Notes: generated by a model not told the origin, from the letters alone. A DNA stretch of 64,000 nucleotides from Eledone cirrhosa (GCA_964016885.1 OZ024741.1:84878001-84942000), one strand, 5' to 3'; counted from the stretch's first letter, positions 16,557-30,878 are shown. Numbers and translations: made by a program.

Positions 16557-16560
<4 letters not shown>
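15267..16560. mobile_element. Fold-back HHR element family G (~433-bp arms 15267-15699 / 16018-16450)
   Basis: Near-identical inverted arms. HHR on + at 16290-16410 and on - at 15307-15427. Confidence 0.85.
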
Positions 16561-16621
<61 letters not shown>

Positions 16622-16622
<1 letters not shown>

Positions 16623-16998
16623 AGGGGTTATATTTAATTTGTTAGGATACAACAAGCAAAATATTTTTATAACTGATATAAAGCACTCAACAAATTATTG
16701 GAGTAAATATACAATATATTAACAAATGGAATATCCAGAAGATTCCAACCAGAATGGTTGCATTTTTTAAGGGTATGTCAATATTTATTTATAAAACTAA
16801 CCTAAATTATATTTTATCTGATGAAAGCGCACCATAGTTTACTTTGTGGCCCTTGAAATATGTATAATGAAATAAATATGGTTTTATAAATATAGTTTCC
16901 ATTTGTTAATATATTGTGTATATATATGTGTATAATATGTATAATGAAATAAATATGGTTTTATAAATATAGTTTCCATTTGTTAATATATTGTGTAT
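16622..16998. mobile_element. Short HHR element family H (HHR on + at 16812-16872)
   Basis: ttttat-CTGATGA-aagcgcacca..tgtggccctt-GAA-ATATGTAT-A^atgaaa. Short inverted repeat 16708-16732 / 16897-16920 and a 77-bp-period duplication at the end. Confidence 0.72.
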
Positions 16999-17019
16999 AT
17001 ATATATATATATATTCATA

Positions 17020-17070
<51 letters not shown>

Positions 17071-17072
17071 TA

Positions 17073-17170
<98 letters not shown>

Positions 17171-17472
17171 ATATATATATACTTTGAAAGGTTTTACTCT
17201 TTCTTTATATAATGCAGTATAATCGTGTACCACTTCCTTCCGTTTTTAGTTGATGATGTTGTTGTGTTGTTCATGCTGTTAGTTTTTACTTAATCTTTTG
17301 TGTGTGTACGATATTTTTTCATTATATATTTTTAATGGCGGTCGCCTTTCTTCTTTTTTCATGATGTTCCTCTTTTCTTTGCGTCGGTATTGTACCCTGT
17401 GCAGGCAGATATATTTATACAGATATATACAACATCGCAGACATTTGCAGACTAAAGGAAGGAAACAAAAAC

Positions 17473-17587
<115 letters not shown>

Positions 17588-17695
17588 TCACACTCACATA
17601 TACATATATATATATATATTTGTCTGTGTGGGTGTGTGCGTGTGCGTGGGGGGGGGGTCTGTGTGTGTCTGTGTGTTTGTGTGTGTCTGTGTGTG

Positions 17696-17733
<38 letters not shown>

Positions 17734-18458
17734 TATACATTGCATTATGTTGCTTTGCTTTGTTTTGTATTTATGTTCATGTACTTCTCTTTCACAGTAT
17801 GTTTTGTTTCTTGGTATTTCATCTAGTTTGGTCTATTAGCTTGTTTAGCTATTGTTTACTGTAAACTTCCGAAATAACGACATCCAGCATAACGGAAAAC
17901 CCATGCTAACGGCAGTTTTGAAAATTGTTGTACTGGAAAGAAAAAAAAATTACCTGAAAATATATGAAGAAAGAGTTTGTTTACGTCCGCTTCCGCCATT
18001 TTTAAAATGTTTTTTTTTTAAGAAAAATGTTCATGTTGTTTATTCTATTGTTATTTTTGTTCATGGGTTTTACAAAATTGCTTACTGTTGCACTTACCGG
18101 CTAATAAAGATGTATTCATTTATTTAGCATCTGCATTTTCTTATTTACTACTATACCTTTATTTATAAATAAAAAGATATGTGGTTAGAGACATATGACT
18201 GCATAATGTGGTGAACTATGATGTGGTTTGATTTGTTATGGTGTGATGTGGGTAAAGGTTTCGGTGTTCAGAAACCCACGTAGACGTAAATGATTATGTG
18301 CGTGTGTGCGTGTGTGTGTTTGTAGGAGGATGTGTGTGTGTAAGTGTGTAGGAGGGTGTTAAATATATATTGATACATATATACACAATACAAATTAAGA
18401 TGAGATAAATAAGCTTATATATATATATATATATATATATAATAATAATAATGAAATT

Positions 18459-19762
18459 ATTGTGTACAGTGCTCAGGTGCACTACAACTCATCAAAGGTG
18501 CATGTATAGTACATAGAATAATGTACAAATGTCAGGAAAATAAACAGTGTATGAGTCATGATATAATAATAACGAAATATTGTGCACAGTGCCCAGGTGC
18601 ACCACAACTCATCAAAAAAGTGCATGTACAGTACATAGGGCAATGCACAAACATCAGTAAAATGAACAGTGCACGAGTCATGATACACACATGTGTGCAT
18701 GTGTATGGAAGGGGTACATCAGGTGTAGTTTTGGCGTATTTTGGGAAGCATGAGTGTCTTAAAGGATGCAGTGTCTCGGCAGCTAACAATTGACGCAGGC
18801 AGTTTGTTCCATGCTTCAGCAACTCTGAGCGTGAAAAAATGTCTGCGAAAGTCATGGGAGCTGTGCTGTTTTCTTATCTTGTAGGCATGTCCACGTGTGT
18901 TAGACACATGGAGATCAAAGAGGCGCTCAGGGTTGCAGTTGGCGAGATGGTTAAAAACTTTGTGGGTATTCACCAAGTCCATTGCCAGACGTCGGAGCTT
19001 CAATGAATCCATGCCCAGGGAAGCAAGGCGTTCAGAGTATGGTAGGTGTCTGATGGAGGGTATGCGCTTGGTTGCACGTCTCTGAACAGTTTCCAGGAGG
19101 TCAATGTTCCGAGCAAGATAGGGGTTCCAGACTGATGATGCGAATTCCAAGTGTGGTCGCACCATAGCTGTATACAGTTTTAAATAGATGGCTGGAGAGC
19201 GGCTAACAAAGGTCTTGCTGAGTGATGCCAAGACACCCTCAGCCTTCTTGACAATCTTAGAGACATGCTTTGTCCAACGCAAATCGTTGCTGACAGTAAT
19301 GCCCAGGTCACGTTCACAAGAGGACTTTTTGATGTCAGTGTTGTGGAGGGAGTATGTGGACGCTGGATTTTTCCTTCCAAAATGCATGGTGGTACACTTG
19401 TCCACAGCCAGCTTCAGTTGCCAGTCTGTGGTCCATTGCTGCATTGTGTCCAGGTCTGATTGTAGGAAAGAGTTGTAAATTTCAGGATCAGTCCTTTTGA
19501 TTTCAAGGTACAGCTTGATGTCATCTGCATATTTTAGTACCGTGGCATTCTGTAAGTTGGCATCTATGTCATTAATATATGCCACAAACAAAAGAGGACC
19601 AAGAACAGATCCCTGTGGTACACCAGATGACATCTCATATGGTGAAGAATGCTGTCCTAAAACCGTGACTACTTCCTTTCGGCTGAGAATGAAGGATTTC
19701 AGCCAGTCGAAAAGATCATCCCTCACACCCATTGCAGAGAGTTTTGCCATAAGTCTTTTGTG
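18459..19762 (-). mobile_element. 5'-truncated CR1/L2-group LINE with intact RT C-terminal frame (18719-19762) and a 120-bp duplicated 3' UTR unit
   Basis: GVPQGSVLGPLLF, YADD, ERDLG, LYTAMVRPHLEFASSVWNP, FFTLRVAEAWNKLP. Confidence 0.9.
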
Positions 19763-19777
19763 TATATATATATATAT

Positions 19778-20295
19778 ATAAATTAATAAAAACAATGAAT
19801 AAAAACAAAGGAAGAGTTTCTTATATTAAAAAATTCATCATTTTACGATCGTTTCTAGGATATATTTGTGTGTGTTGGTATGTATATCATATAGATCTAT
19901 GTAAAGATTTTACAAACTATCAGAGAAAATATACATACCTACACATATATATGCTGTCTTCAGAAATAATCATTATTTCTGAAGACAGCATATATATGTG
20001 TAGGTATGTATATTTTCTCTGATAGTTTGTAAAATGTTTACATAGATCTATATGATATACATACCAACACACACATATATATCCTAGAAACGATCGTAAA
20101 ATGATGAATTTTTCAATATAAGGAACTGTTTCTTTGTTTTTATTCATTGTTTTTATTAATTTATCTTAATTCTGTTTTCCTGTGATTTTCATCGAAAGAA
20201 TTTTTGAATACATCTTCTCTTTTCATGATATTTGGATTACATTGAGTTCTTCATACGGATTGGACACTACCGTATATTTTGGTAGATTTATCTAC
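19778..20295. mobile_element. Fold-back HHR element family I (~193-bp arms centred on 19971)
   Basis: cattattt-CTGAAGA-[101 nt]-GAA-ACGATCGT-A^aaatgatg at 19971-20106, mirrored on the minus strand. Confidence 0.85.
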
Positions 20296-20298
20296 ACT

Positions 20299-20362
<64 letters not shown>

Positions 20363-21148
20363 TATTTGTTATTTGTTTTAACTTCATTAAACATTATCGT
20401 ATTCTTCTTTGTTGAATTTTATATATATATAGTGTAAGAAGGTAATAGGGACGTAAACAAGAAAGGAAAAGTTGCCCTTCATCAGTTATTTACTATGGAT
20501 CATAGATGTTTCGGTGCTTAAAGCAGGGCATCGATCCGTAGCGCCTCCGAGGCCTTTTATACTCCAAAAGGGCACGAGGGAAAGAAATATATATATATAT
20601 ATATATATTACTAATAATAATAATGTGTATAACTGAAGTTGCAGCTGCTCTATAGCAGATGAACAATCGAATTATCAGAGGCAATCACGAAGCACTCAAT
20701 GAGTGAGTAATTGATAAATTTCTACTCAAAGTTAAGGTATAGTGACACCAAGTATAAAGCGACTAGAAGGATGTTGCCACAGTAATACAACATCGATATA
20801 TCCAGCAGGTCGAACAACTAACCTTAACCATTTCGATTAGATATGAATCGAGAAGAATCAATTACAATCTTCGATGGGTTTCTGGGAAAATCGGACAGGT
20901 AAATTCCTAATTGCGTATAGTATATGTATAGTTAGGCATCTTCCTTCGTCAACAGGTTTTACGTTCCATGTCTCCGCATCCTTGGGGTTCTAAACAGCAT
21001 TGTTTATCGACTGTAGCCGTAAATTTAGCAGTGAGGTCACGTGAACTTTCTCAAAAAGAGGAAGAACAGTTGGCCGAAGTTTTGGCGGGTACATTCAAAG
21101 TGTGAACAAAGTATCTTTTCACAGCCTCGAAACAAGCTCTCAACTAGA

Positions 21149-21200
<52 letters not shown>

Positions 21201-21607
21201 TGTGAGTGTGTGCTGTGTGTGTGTAAGCGCGCGTATGTGTATCTGTGTGTGGATGCAGTGGCGGACTAGCCCGGTTGCCCAATGGCAAATGGGCCCAAGA
21301 GGGCCCACGGTAGCATTGCAGTTTGAATCTAACTGACATGCAAAAACATGTATATATAAATAAAGTAAGTCGAAATCATAGTAAATTCAAATATCACAGA
21401 GAGAAAAAGAGAGAGAGAGGGGGGAGAAGCAATGTGGTGCAACAGAAATGAAACATGGATTACAGGTTAAAATATAATCTAGATAGATGAGAAACAATAC
21501 GAGGATGTACTTTAGGGAACACCCAAATGATTTAGAAGTCAACCTTATGTAGGAGCAATAAAATTAAGAAAGACATGAACAATACCACATCATTTTGTTT
21601 TGAAAAT

Positions 21608-21902
21608 TTTGAAAGTAGGTTTATAAGTACTAATTTTCATAAGATTTTTGTAGTTGTCTCTGTGGCTTAGCGGTAGGTACTAGAGACGATGGAGATCTTG
21701 GCCTTGTGTTCAATCCTGTTCAAGCAGCACATGTAATCTTTTTTCAGTTTTTATTTTACATCCCATAGAAAAAAAAATGAAAAGGCTTACCGAGAAATCT
21801 ACTCCCGACCAGAATCACCACCATCTATGATTCTTCCAACTAAACCGCTGAGACAGCTTTAATATTATAATGAAAATTAATAATTATAAACCTACTTTCA
21901 AA
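21608..21902. repeat. MITE-like imperfect inverted repeat with tRNA-like inner arms
   Basis: tttgaaagtaggtttataa ... ttataaacctactttcaaa, with pairing continuing inward ~70 bp. A-box-like TGGCTTAGCGG and B-box-like GTTCAATCC. Confidence 0.55.
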
Positions 21903-22076
21903 GTCAAAGTGAAAAGGTTATGGTGTCATTTATGGCTTTCCTAGAGCTATTAGTCATATTTTGGGTCGACTTGTCAACTTCTGGCTCTTTGGTAACAACC
22001 TTTTTATTCCTATTTGTGTTTAAACTTTGAATTAATTTAATTTAATTATTTTAGCAAACAAATTATATATATATAT

Positions 22077-22191
<115 letters not shown>

Positions 22192-22202
22192 CATACATAT
22201 AT

Positions 22203-22252
<50 letters not shown>

Positions 22253-22253
22253 C

Positions 22254-22328
<75 letters not shown>

Positions 22329-22408
22329 TCTGGCTCTTTGGTAACAACCTTATTATTCCTATTTGTGTTTAAACTTTCAATTAATTTTATTTAATTATTT
22401 TAGCAAAC

Positions 22409-22456
<48 letters not shown>

Positions 22457-22493
22457 TATATTATATATATATACATATATATATATATACATA

Positions 22494-23120
<627 letters not shown>

Positions 23121-23151
23121 TATATATATATATAGAAAAATACACACACAC

Positions 23152-23210
<59 letters not shown>

Positions 23211-23215
<5 letters not shown>

Positions 23216-24283
23216 TAAAATAACAGATTAAAGTTTAAGCAAAGAATCGCTGCTTTCACCCTTAACGGGATCTTCTGAAACTAACAAAGTCAATCTGTAA
23301 ACGCAGAACTGGATATTTCAAAAAACGTTGCAACCGGAGGAAGACGATACTTTGGTTCATGGTGACGTTCGCTGGCAAAGAACGGGAAAAAACGAATAAT
23401 ACGTCATTAATAGGAGCGGTGAAAAACAATTACGCGCAAAGACAGAACAACGTTTATGGTATAAAAGAGGTCGTAGACTAATGTTCTCTAAGTGGTGCAT
23501 AGAGACGTTCTCTGGCAATGAACGAAAAAACGAAGATAATAAGTCATATGTGGAGCGTGGAGAACAATAGCACGCAAAGACAAAACCACGTAAATGGTAT
23601 AGCAGAAGTTGTAGACTAAAATTCTAACTAGGAGACCAAATGAATCTCCGCTGCAGAGTTAAGAACAAAGTAAATAAATACAATACAGGAGTAATAGAAA
23701 CAAATAAATACATACACGCAAACAGATACGTACATACACAAGCATACGCAAAACCTTACCATAGGTATACAAAACCACGCCCATATAAATATGTGTGTGT
23801 GTGTATGCTTGTGTACAAATAAATAAATAATTATATAAACGTATATAAGTAAATAAAAACGTATATAACAAGCGCACACACATACCTACAAATAAATACC
23901 TAAGAGAACATTAGTCTACGACCTCTTTTATACCATAAACGTGGTTCTGTCTTTGCGCGTAATTGTTTTTCACCGCTCCTATTAATGAGGTATTATTCGT
24001 TTTTTCCCGTTCTTTGCCAGCTAACGTTTCCACGAACCAAAGTATCGTCTTCCTGTCTTCCTCCGGTTGCAACGTTTTTTGAAATATCCAGTTCTGCGTT
24101 TACAGATTGACTTTGTTAGTTTCAGAAGATCCCGTTAAGGGTGAAAGCAGCGATTCTTTGCTTAAACTTTAATCTGTTATTTTAATAAATATTTGCTCTA
24201 CGGTTTTTATATATGTGATATATATTTTCCTTATCGAGCCCTCTTTGGATTTTAGTCTTCAATTTTATTATTATTACTATTAT

Positions 24284-24290
<7 letters not shown>
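23211..24290. mobile_element. Fold-back family F pseudo-LTR (arms 23211-23489 / 23903-24189) with U4A-variant HHR (24118-24168)
   Basis: Inverted arms homologous to 14790-15170. Confidence 0.8.
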
Positions 24291-24326
<36 letters not shown>

Positions 24327-24329
<3 letters not shown>

Positions 24330-25046
24330 TTAAGGATACTATTTATGGTTATGTATATACTAAAACCTTTTATAGTTATATATATTTTAAACCCTAAACA
24401 GTGAAAGACAGTAATTTATTACTACCTTATTACCAGTAAGATAAATAGCTCAATGTAATAACATCAGTTGTTCTACAAAGCAGTTATATAGAATTCACAG
24501 GAAACCAAGATATGTTCAAACCATTTATTAGCTTACAATTGTTTCATCGAAACCGAGGCTCGGTTTCTTCGGAGCATTTTTCAATGTTTGTATACATACA
24601 TGACCTCCTTTCTAACGCAAGAGACATACAGATACATATGTATATATTGATGCACAATGGGGTGACATATATTATATTATTTCTGAATGGCAATTTAAAT
24701 TCAAAAATTAAAATCATATTAAAACAGAATCAAAGCAAAATTAAAATTAAAATACATTATCTACGTTAACTGCCGATGTTGTATTTTAATTTTTATTTTG
24801 CTTTGATTCTATTTTAATATGATTTTAATTTTTGAATTTAAATTGCCATTCAGAAATAATATAATATATGTCACCCCACTGTGCATCAATATATACATAT
24901 TTATTTGTATGTCTCTTACGTTGGAAAGGAGGTCATGTATGTATACAAACATTGAAAAAGGCTCCGAAGATACCAAGCCTCGGTTTGGATGAAACAATTG
25001 TAAGCTAATAGATGGTTTGAACATTTCTTTGATTCCTGTGAATTCT
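24327..25046. mobile_element. Fold-back HHR element family K (arms ~24490-24756 / 24780-25046)
   Basis: gct-CCGAAGA-..-GAA-ACAATTGT-A^agc at 24961-25005 and its mirror copy. Confidence 0.78.
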
Positions 25047-25573
25047 CTCTCTCTATATATATATAATTCAAAGGGATATATTGGCGCCTGGCAACCAATC
25101 ACAACTTTCTGCCTTGACCGCTAGGCACGTGATAATTCTTAGCCATTTTTGAATTCATTTCTGGCGAGAATTACGGTAGAAATTTTAGTCGAGACTCGGG
25201 GTGTCTCTTAATAAGTTACAAGCCTCGTGGATAGATCCAGGATCCGCAAATTAGGAAGGAAATTGCCGGCAGTAGAGACTAGAGGATTTTTGGTAAAGGT
25301 TATATGCTTTTTTTCTTCTAACTTCTATTTGAAACCTAACTCCGTGTAGATGATTATTTGTCTAGTCAATTTCTACGGGTTAAAAGGAATGACTAGATAA
25401 ATTTTATGTGGCTGTCCCTCTCGGAAGATAGTCTGTATCATTTGTCAATTATTTCTTCATAGTTACATTAATAACGTATAGCCTCGTTTAAAGGATTATT
25501 TATGTGGTTAATTTCTCCAGACTAGGGAGAGGAAATACTGTATATATTTTATCTAATAATTCTTCAAACTTGC

Positions 25574-25631
<58 letters not shown>

Positions 25632-25640
<9 letters not shown>

Positions 25641-28600
25641 GAAACACACAGATACATGCGGACGCACACATATATACATGGATGCATCCGCACCCAACTG
25701 TGAGTTAAGGGTGCCAACTTCACCGATGTTGCTCAATGAATGACTGGGACAGACCAATTCAGTTTGAACCAGACTGAACCAGTATCAGAGTTAAAAATAC
25801 ATTATGAAGAGAGAAGAAACATTTAGATATAATTAGTAATAAAATGCATCATACCTAAACTGTTCCTAAATTCCTCGACTACGTAGTTTCGTGGCATAAA
25901 CAAAAACAATATATCAAAGATATAGAGTCCTTGCGAGGTCTGCCGACTTATCAAGAGGATACCTCATTTTACTAGTCTCAAGAACGCGTCTACACGACGT
26001 GAGAAAGAATCCCAAAAGGCGGAGGGGGAGATAGTCACGCGATATAACGGTCGAGAAACAGAGCTAAGCCTCTTATAACCACGAAGAAAATACCACGGAG
26101 GCGGAGGGGGTATTCATATCGAGGCCGTAGAAGAGGTAGTGAAGAAGGCGAGAAGTATGAGTAATGGAAGCTTTCCAGTTGTCCCCACACCTCTCAAAGA
26201 TAGCTCGACCAGAGGGAGTTATTAATATATTTAGAAACACACAGATACATGCGGACGCACACATATATACATGGATGCATCCGCACCCAACTGTGAGTTA
26301 AGGGTGCCAACTTCACCGATGTTGCTCAATGAATGACTGGGACAGACCAATTCAGTTTGAACCAGACTGAACCAGTATCAGAGTTAAAAATACATTATGA
26401 AGAGAGAAGAAACATTTAGATATAATTAGTAATAAAATGCATCATACCTAAACTGTTCCTAAATTCCTCGACTACGTAGTTTCGTGGCATAAACAAAAAC
26501 AATATATCAAAGATATAGAGTCCTTGCGAGGTCTGCCGACTTATCAAGAGGATACCTCATTTTACTAGTCTCAAGAACGCGTCTACACGACGTGAGAAAG
26601 AATCCCAAAAGGCGGAGGGGGAGATAGTCACGCGATATAACGGTCGAGAAACAGAGCTAAGCCTCTTATAACCACGAAGAAAATACCACGGAGGCGGAGG
26701 GGGTATTCATATCGAGGCCGTAGAAGAGGTAGTGAAGAAGGCGAGAAGTATGAGTAATGGAAGCTTTCCAGTTGTCCCCACACCTCTCAAAGATTGCTCG
26801 ACCAGAGGGAGTTATTAATATATTTAGAAACACACAGATACATGCGGACGCACACATATATACATGGATGCATCCGCACCCAACTGTGAGTTAAGGGTGC
26901 CAACTTCACCGATGTTGCTCAATGAATGACTGGGACAGACCAATTCAGTTTGAACCAGACTGAACCAGTATCAGAGTTAAAAATACATTATGAAGAGAGA
27001 AGAAACATTTAGATATAATTAGTAATAAAATGCATCATACCTAAACTGTTCCTAAATTCCTCGACTACGTAGTTTCGTGGCATAAACAAAAACAATATAT
27101 CAAAGATATAGAGTCCTTGCGAGGTCTGCCGACTTATCAAGAGGATACCTCATTTTACTAGTCTCAAGAACGCGTCTACACGACGTGAGAAAGAATCCCA
27201 AAAGGCGGAGGGGGAGATAGTCACGCGATATAACGGTCGAGAAACAGAGCTAAGCCTCTTATAACCACGAAGAAAATACCACGGAGGCGGAGGGGGTATT
27301 CATATCGAGGCCGTAGAAGAGGTAGTGAAGAAGGCGAGAAGTATGAGTAATGGAAGCTTTCCAGTTGTCCCCACACCTCTCAAAGATTGCTCGACCAGAG
27401 GGAGTTATTAATATATTTAGAAACACACAGATACATGCGGACGCACACATATATACATGGATGCATCCGCACCCAACTGTGAGTTAAGGGTGCCAACTTC
27501 ACCGATGTTGCTCAATGAATGACTGGGACAGACCAATTCAGTTTGAACCAGACTGAACCAGTATCAGAGTTAAAAATACATTATGAAGAGAGAAGAAACA
27601 TTTAGATATAATTAGTAATAAAATGCATCATACCTAAACTGTTCCTAAATTCCTCGACTACGTAGTTTCGTGGCATAAACAAAAACAATATATCAAAGAT
27701 ATAGAGTCCTTGCGAGGTCTGCCGACTTATCAAGAGGATACCTCATTTTACTAGTCTCAAGAACGCGTCTACACGACGTGAGAAAGAATCCCAAAAGGCG
27801 GAGGGGGAGATAGTCACGCGATATAACGGTCGAGAAACAGAGCTAAGCCTCTTATAACCACGAAGAAAATACCACGGAGGCGGAGGGGGTATTCATATCG
27901 AGGCCGTAGAAGAGGTAGTGAAGAAGGCGAGAAGTATGAGTAATGGAAGCTTTCCAGTTGTCCCCACACCTCTCAAAGATTGCTCGACCAGAGGGAGTTA
28001 TTAATATATTTAGAAACACACAGATACATGCGGACGCACACATATATACATGGATGCATCCGCACCCAACTGTGAGTTAAGGGTGCCAACTTCACCGATG
28101 TTGCTCAATGAATGACTGGGACAGACCAATTCAGTTTGAACCAGACTGAACCAGTATCAGAGTTAAAAATACATTATGAAGAGAGAAGAAACATTTAGAT
28201 ATAATTAGTAATAAAATGCATCATACCTAAACTGTTCCTAAATTCCTCGACTACGTAGTTTCGTGGCATAAACAAAAACAATATATCAAAGATATAGAGT
28301 CCTTGCGAGGTCTGCCGACTTATCAAGAGGATACCTCATTTTACTAGTCTCAAGAACGCGTCTACACGACGTGAGAAAGAATCCCAAAAGGCGGAGGGGG
28401 AGATAGTCACGCGATATAACGGTCGAGAAACAGAGCTAAGCCTCTTATAACCACGAAGAAAATACCACGGAGGCGGAGGGGGTATTCATATCGAGGCCGT
28501 AGAAGAGGTAGTGAAGAAGGCGAGAAGTATGAGTAATGGAAGCTTTCCAGTTGTCCCCACACCTCTCAAAGATAGCTCGACCAGAGGGAGTTATTAATAT

Positions 28601-30541
28601 ATTTAGAAACACACAGATACATGCGGACGCACACATATATACATGGATGCATCCGCACCCAACTGTGAGTTAAGGGTGCCAACTTCACCGATGTTGCTCA
28701 ATGAATGACTGGGACAGACCAATTCAGTTTGAACCAGACTGAACCAGTATCAGAGTTAAAAATACATTATGAAGAGAGAAGAAACATTTAGATATAATTA
28801 GTAATAAAATGCATCATACCTAAACTGTTCCTAAATTCCTCGACTACGTAGTTTCGTGGCATAAACAAAAACAATATATCAAAGATATAGAGTCCTTGCG
28901 AGGTCTGCCGACTTATCAAGAGGATACCTCATTTTACTAGTCTCAAGAACGCGTCTACACGACGTGAGAAAGAATCCCAAAAGGCGGAGGGGGAGATAGT
29001 CACGCGATATAACGGTCGAGAAACAGAGCTAAGCCTCTTATAACCACGAAGAAAATACCACGGAGGCGGAGGGGGTATTCATATCGAGGCCGTAGAAGAG
29101 GTAGTGAAGAAGGCGAGAAGTATGAGTAATGGAAGCTTTCCAGTTGTCCCCACACCTCTCAAAGATTGCTCGACCAGAGGGAGTTATTAATATATTTAGA
29201 AACACACAGATACATGCGGACGCACACATATATACATGGATGCATCCGCACCCAACTGTGAGTTAAGGGTGCCAACTTCACCGATGTTGCTCAATGAATG
29301 ACTGGGACAGACCAATTCAGTTTGAACCAGACTGAACCAGTATCAGAGTTAAAAATACATTATGAAGAGAGAAGAAACATTTAGATATAATTAGTAATAA
29401 AATGCATCATACCTAAACTGTTCCTAAATTCCTCGACTACGTAGTTTCGTGGCATAAACAAAAACAATATATCAAAGATATAGAGTCCTTGCGAGGTCTG
29501 CCGACTTATCAAGAGGATACCTCATTTTACTAGTCTCAAGAACGCGTCTACACGACGTGAGAAAGAATCCCAAAAGGCGGAGGGGGAGATAGTCACGCGA
29601 TATAACGGTCGAGAAACAGAGCTAAGCCTCTTATAACCACGAAGAAAATACCACGGAGGCGGAGGGGGTATTCATATCGAGGCTTAGCTCTGTTTCTCGA
29701 CCGTTATATCGCGTGACTATCTCCCCCTCCGCCTTTTGGGATTCTTTCTCACGTCGTGTAGACGCGTTCTTGAGACTAGTAAAATGAGGTATCCTCTTGA
29801 TAAGTCGGCAGACCTCGCAAGGACTCTATATATTTGATATATTGTTTTTGTTTATGCCACGAAACTACGTAGTCGAGGAATTTAGGAACAGTTTAGGTAT
29901 GATGCATTTTATTACTAATTATATCTAAATGTTTCTTCTCTCTTCATAATGTATTTTTAACTCTGATACTGGTTCAGTCTGGTTCAAACTGAATTGGTCT
30001 GTCCCAGTCATTCATTGAGCAACATCGGTGAAGTTGGCACCCTTAACTCACAGTTGGGTGCGGATGCATCCATGTATATATGTGTGCGTCCGCATGTATC
30101 TGTGTGTTTCTAAATATATTAATAACTCCCTCTGGTCGAGCAATCTTTGAGAGGTGTGGGGACAACTGGAAAGCTTCCATTACTCATACTTCTCGCCTTC
30201 TTCACTACCTCTTCTACGGCCTCGATATGAATACCCCCTCCGCCTCCGTGGTATTTTCTTCGTGGTTATAAGAGGCTTAGCTCTGTTTCTCGACCGTTAT
30301 ATCGCGTGACTATCTCCCCCTCCGCCTTTTGGGATTCTTTCTCACGTCGTGTAGACGCGTTCTTGAGACTAGTAAAATGAGGTATCCTCTTGATAAGTCG
30401 GCAGACCTCGCAAGGACTCTATATCTTTGATATATTGTTTTTGTTTATGCCACGAAACTACGTAGTCGAGGAATTTAGGAACAGTTTAGGTATGATGCAT
30501 TTTATTACTAATTATATCTAAATGTTTCTTCTCTCTTCATA

Positions 30542-30547
<6 letters not shown>
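25632..30547. repeat. 593-bp tandem array with one type I HHR per unit: 6 full + 1 partial unit, then 1 full + 1 partial unit inverted
   Basis: Unit marker gaaacacacag at 25641, 26234, 26827, 27420, 28013, 28606 and 29199. Inversion junction at 29679-29683. Confidence 0.97.
29792..29879 (+). ncRNA. Type I hammerhead ribozyme of the 593-bp unit (U3-A8 core). Further copies at 30385-30472 (+) and seven on - starting at 25872 + 593n
   Basis: tcctc-TTGATAA-[57-nt hairpin]-GAA-ACTACGTAGT-C^gagga; GUC cleavage predicted after 29874. Confidence 0.88.
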
Positions 30548-30575
<28 letters not shown>

Positions 30576-30595
30576 GTTCAAATATATGTGTGTGC

Positions 30596-30639
<44 letters not shown>

Positions 30640-30751
30640 TCAATTAGATGCCCTGTAGTTTTTGTACAAGTTGAAAATGTTATGTATACATATATATATA
30701 AATCTATATATGCACATATACATGCACACATATACACGCACTCCCATATAT

Positions 30752-30878
<127 letters not shown>

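Noticed and set aside
25065-25580. Unique island next to the array
   Set aside because: No ORF, HHR or in-window homology recognised; left unassigned.
26073-30271. Repeated 63-aa ORF MCASACICVF...
   Set aside because: Recurs only because the unit is repeated and has no recognisable motif; coding potential unsupported, although it lies on the HHR strand.
25632-30547. CRISPR-like or rDNA/5S/snRNA array
   Set aside because: No unique spacers and no recognisable rRNA or snRNA sequence.
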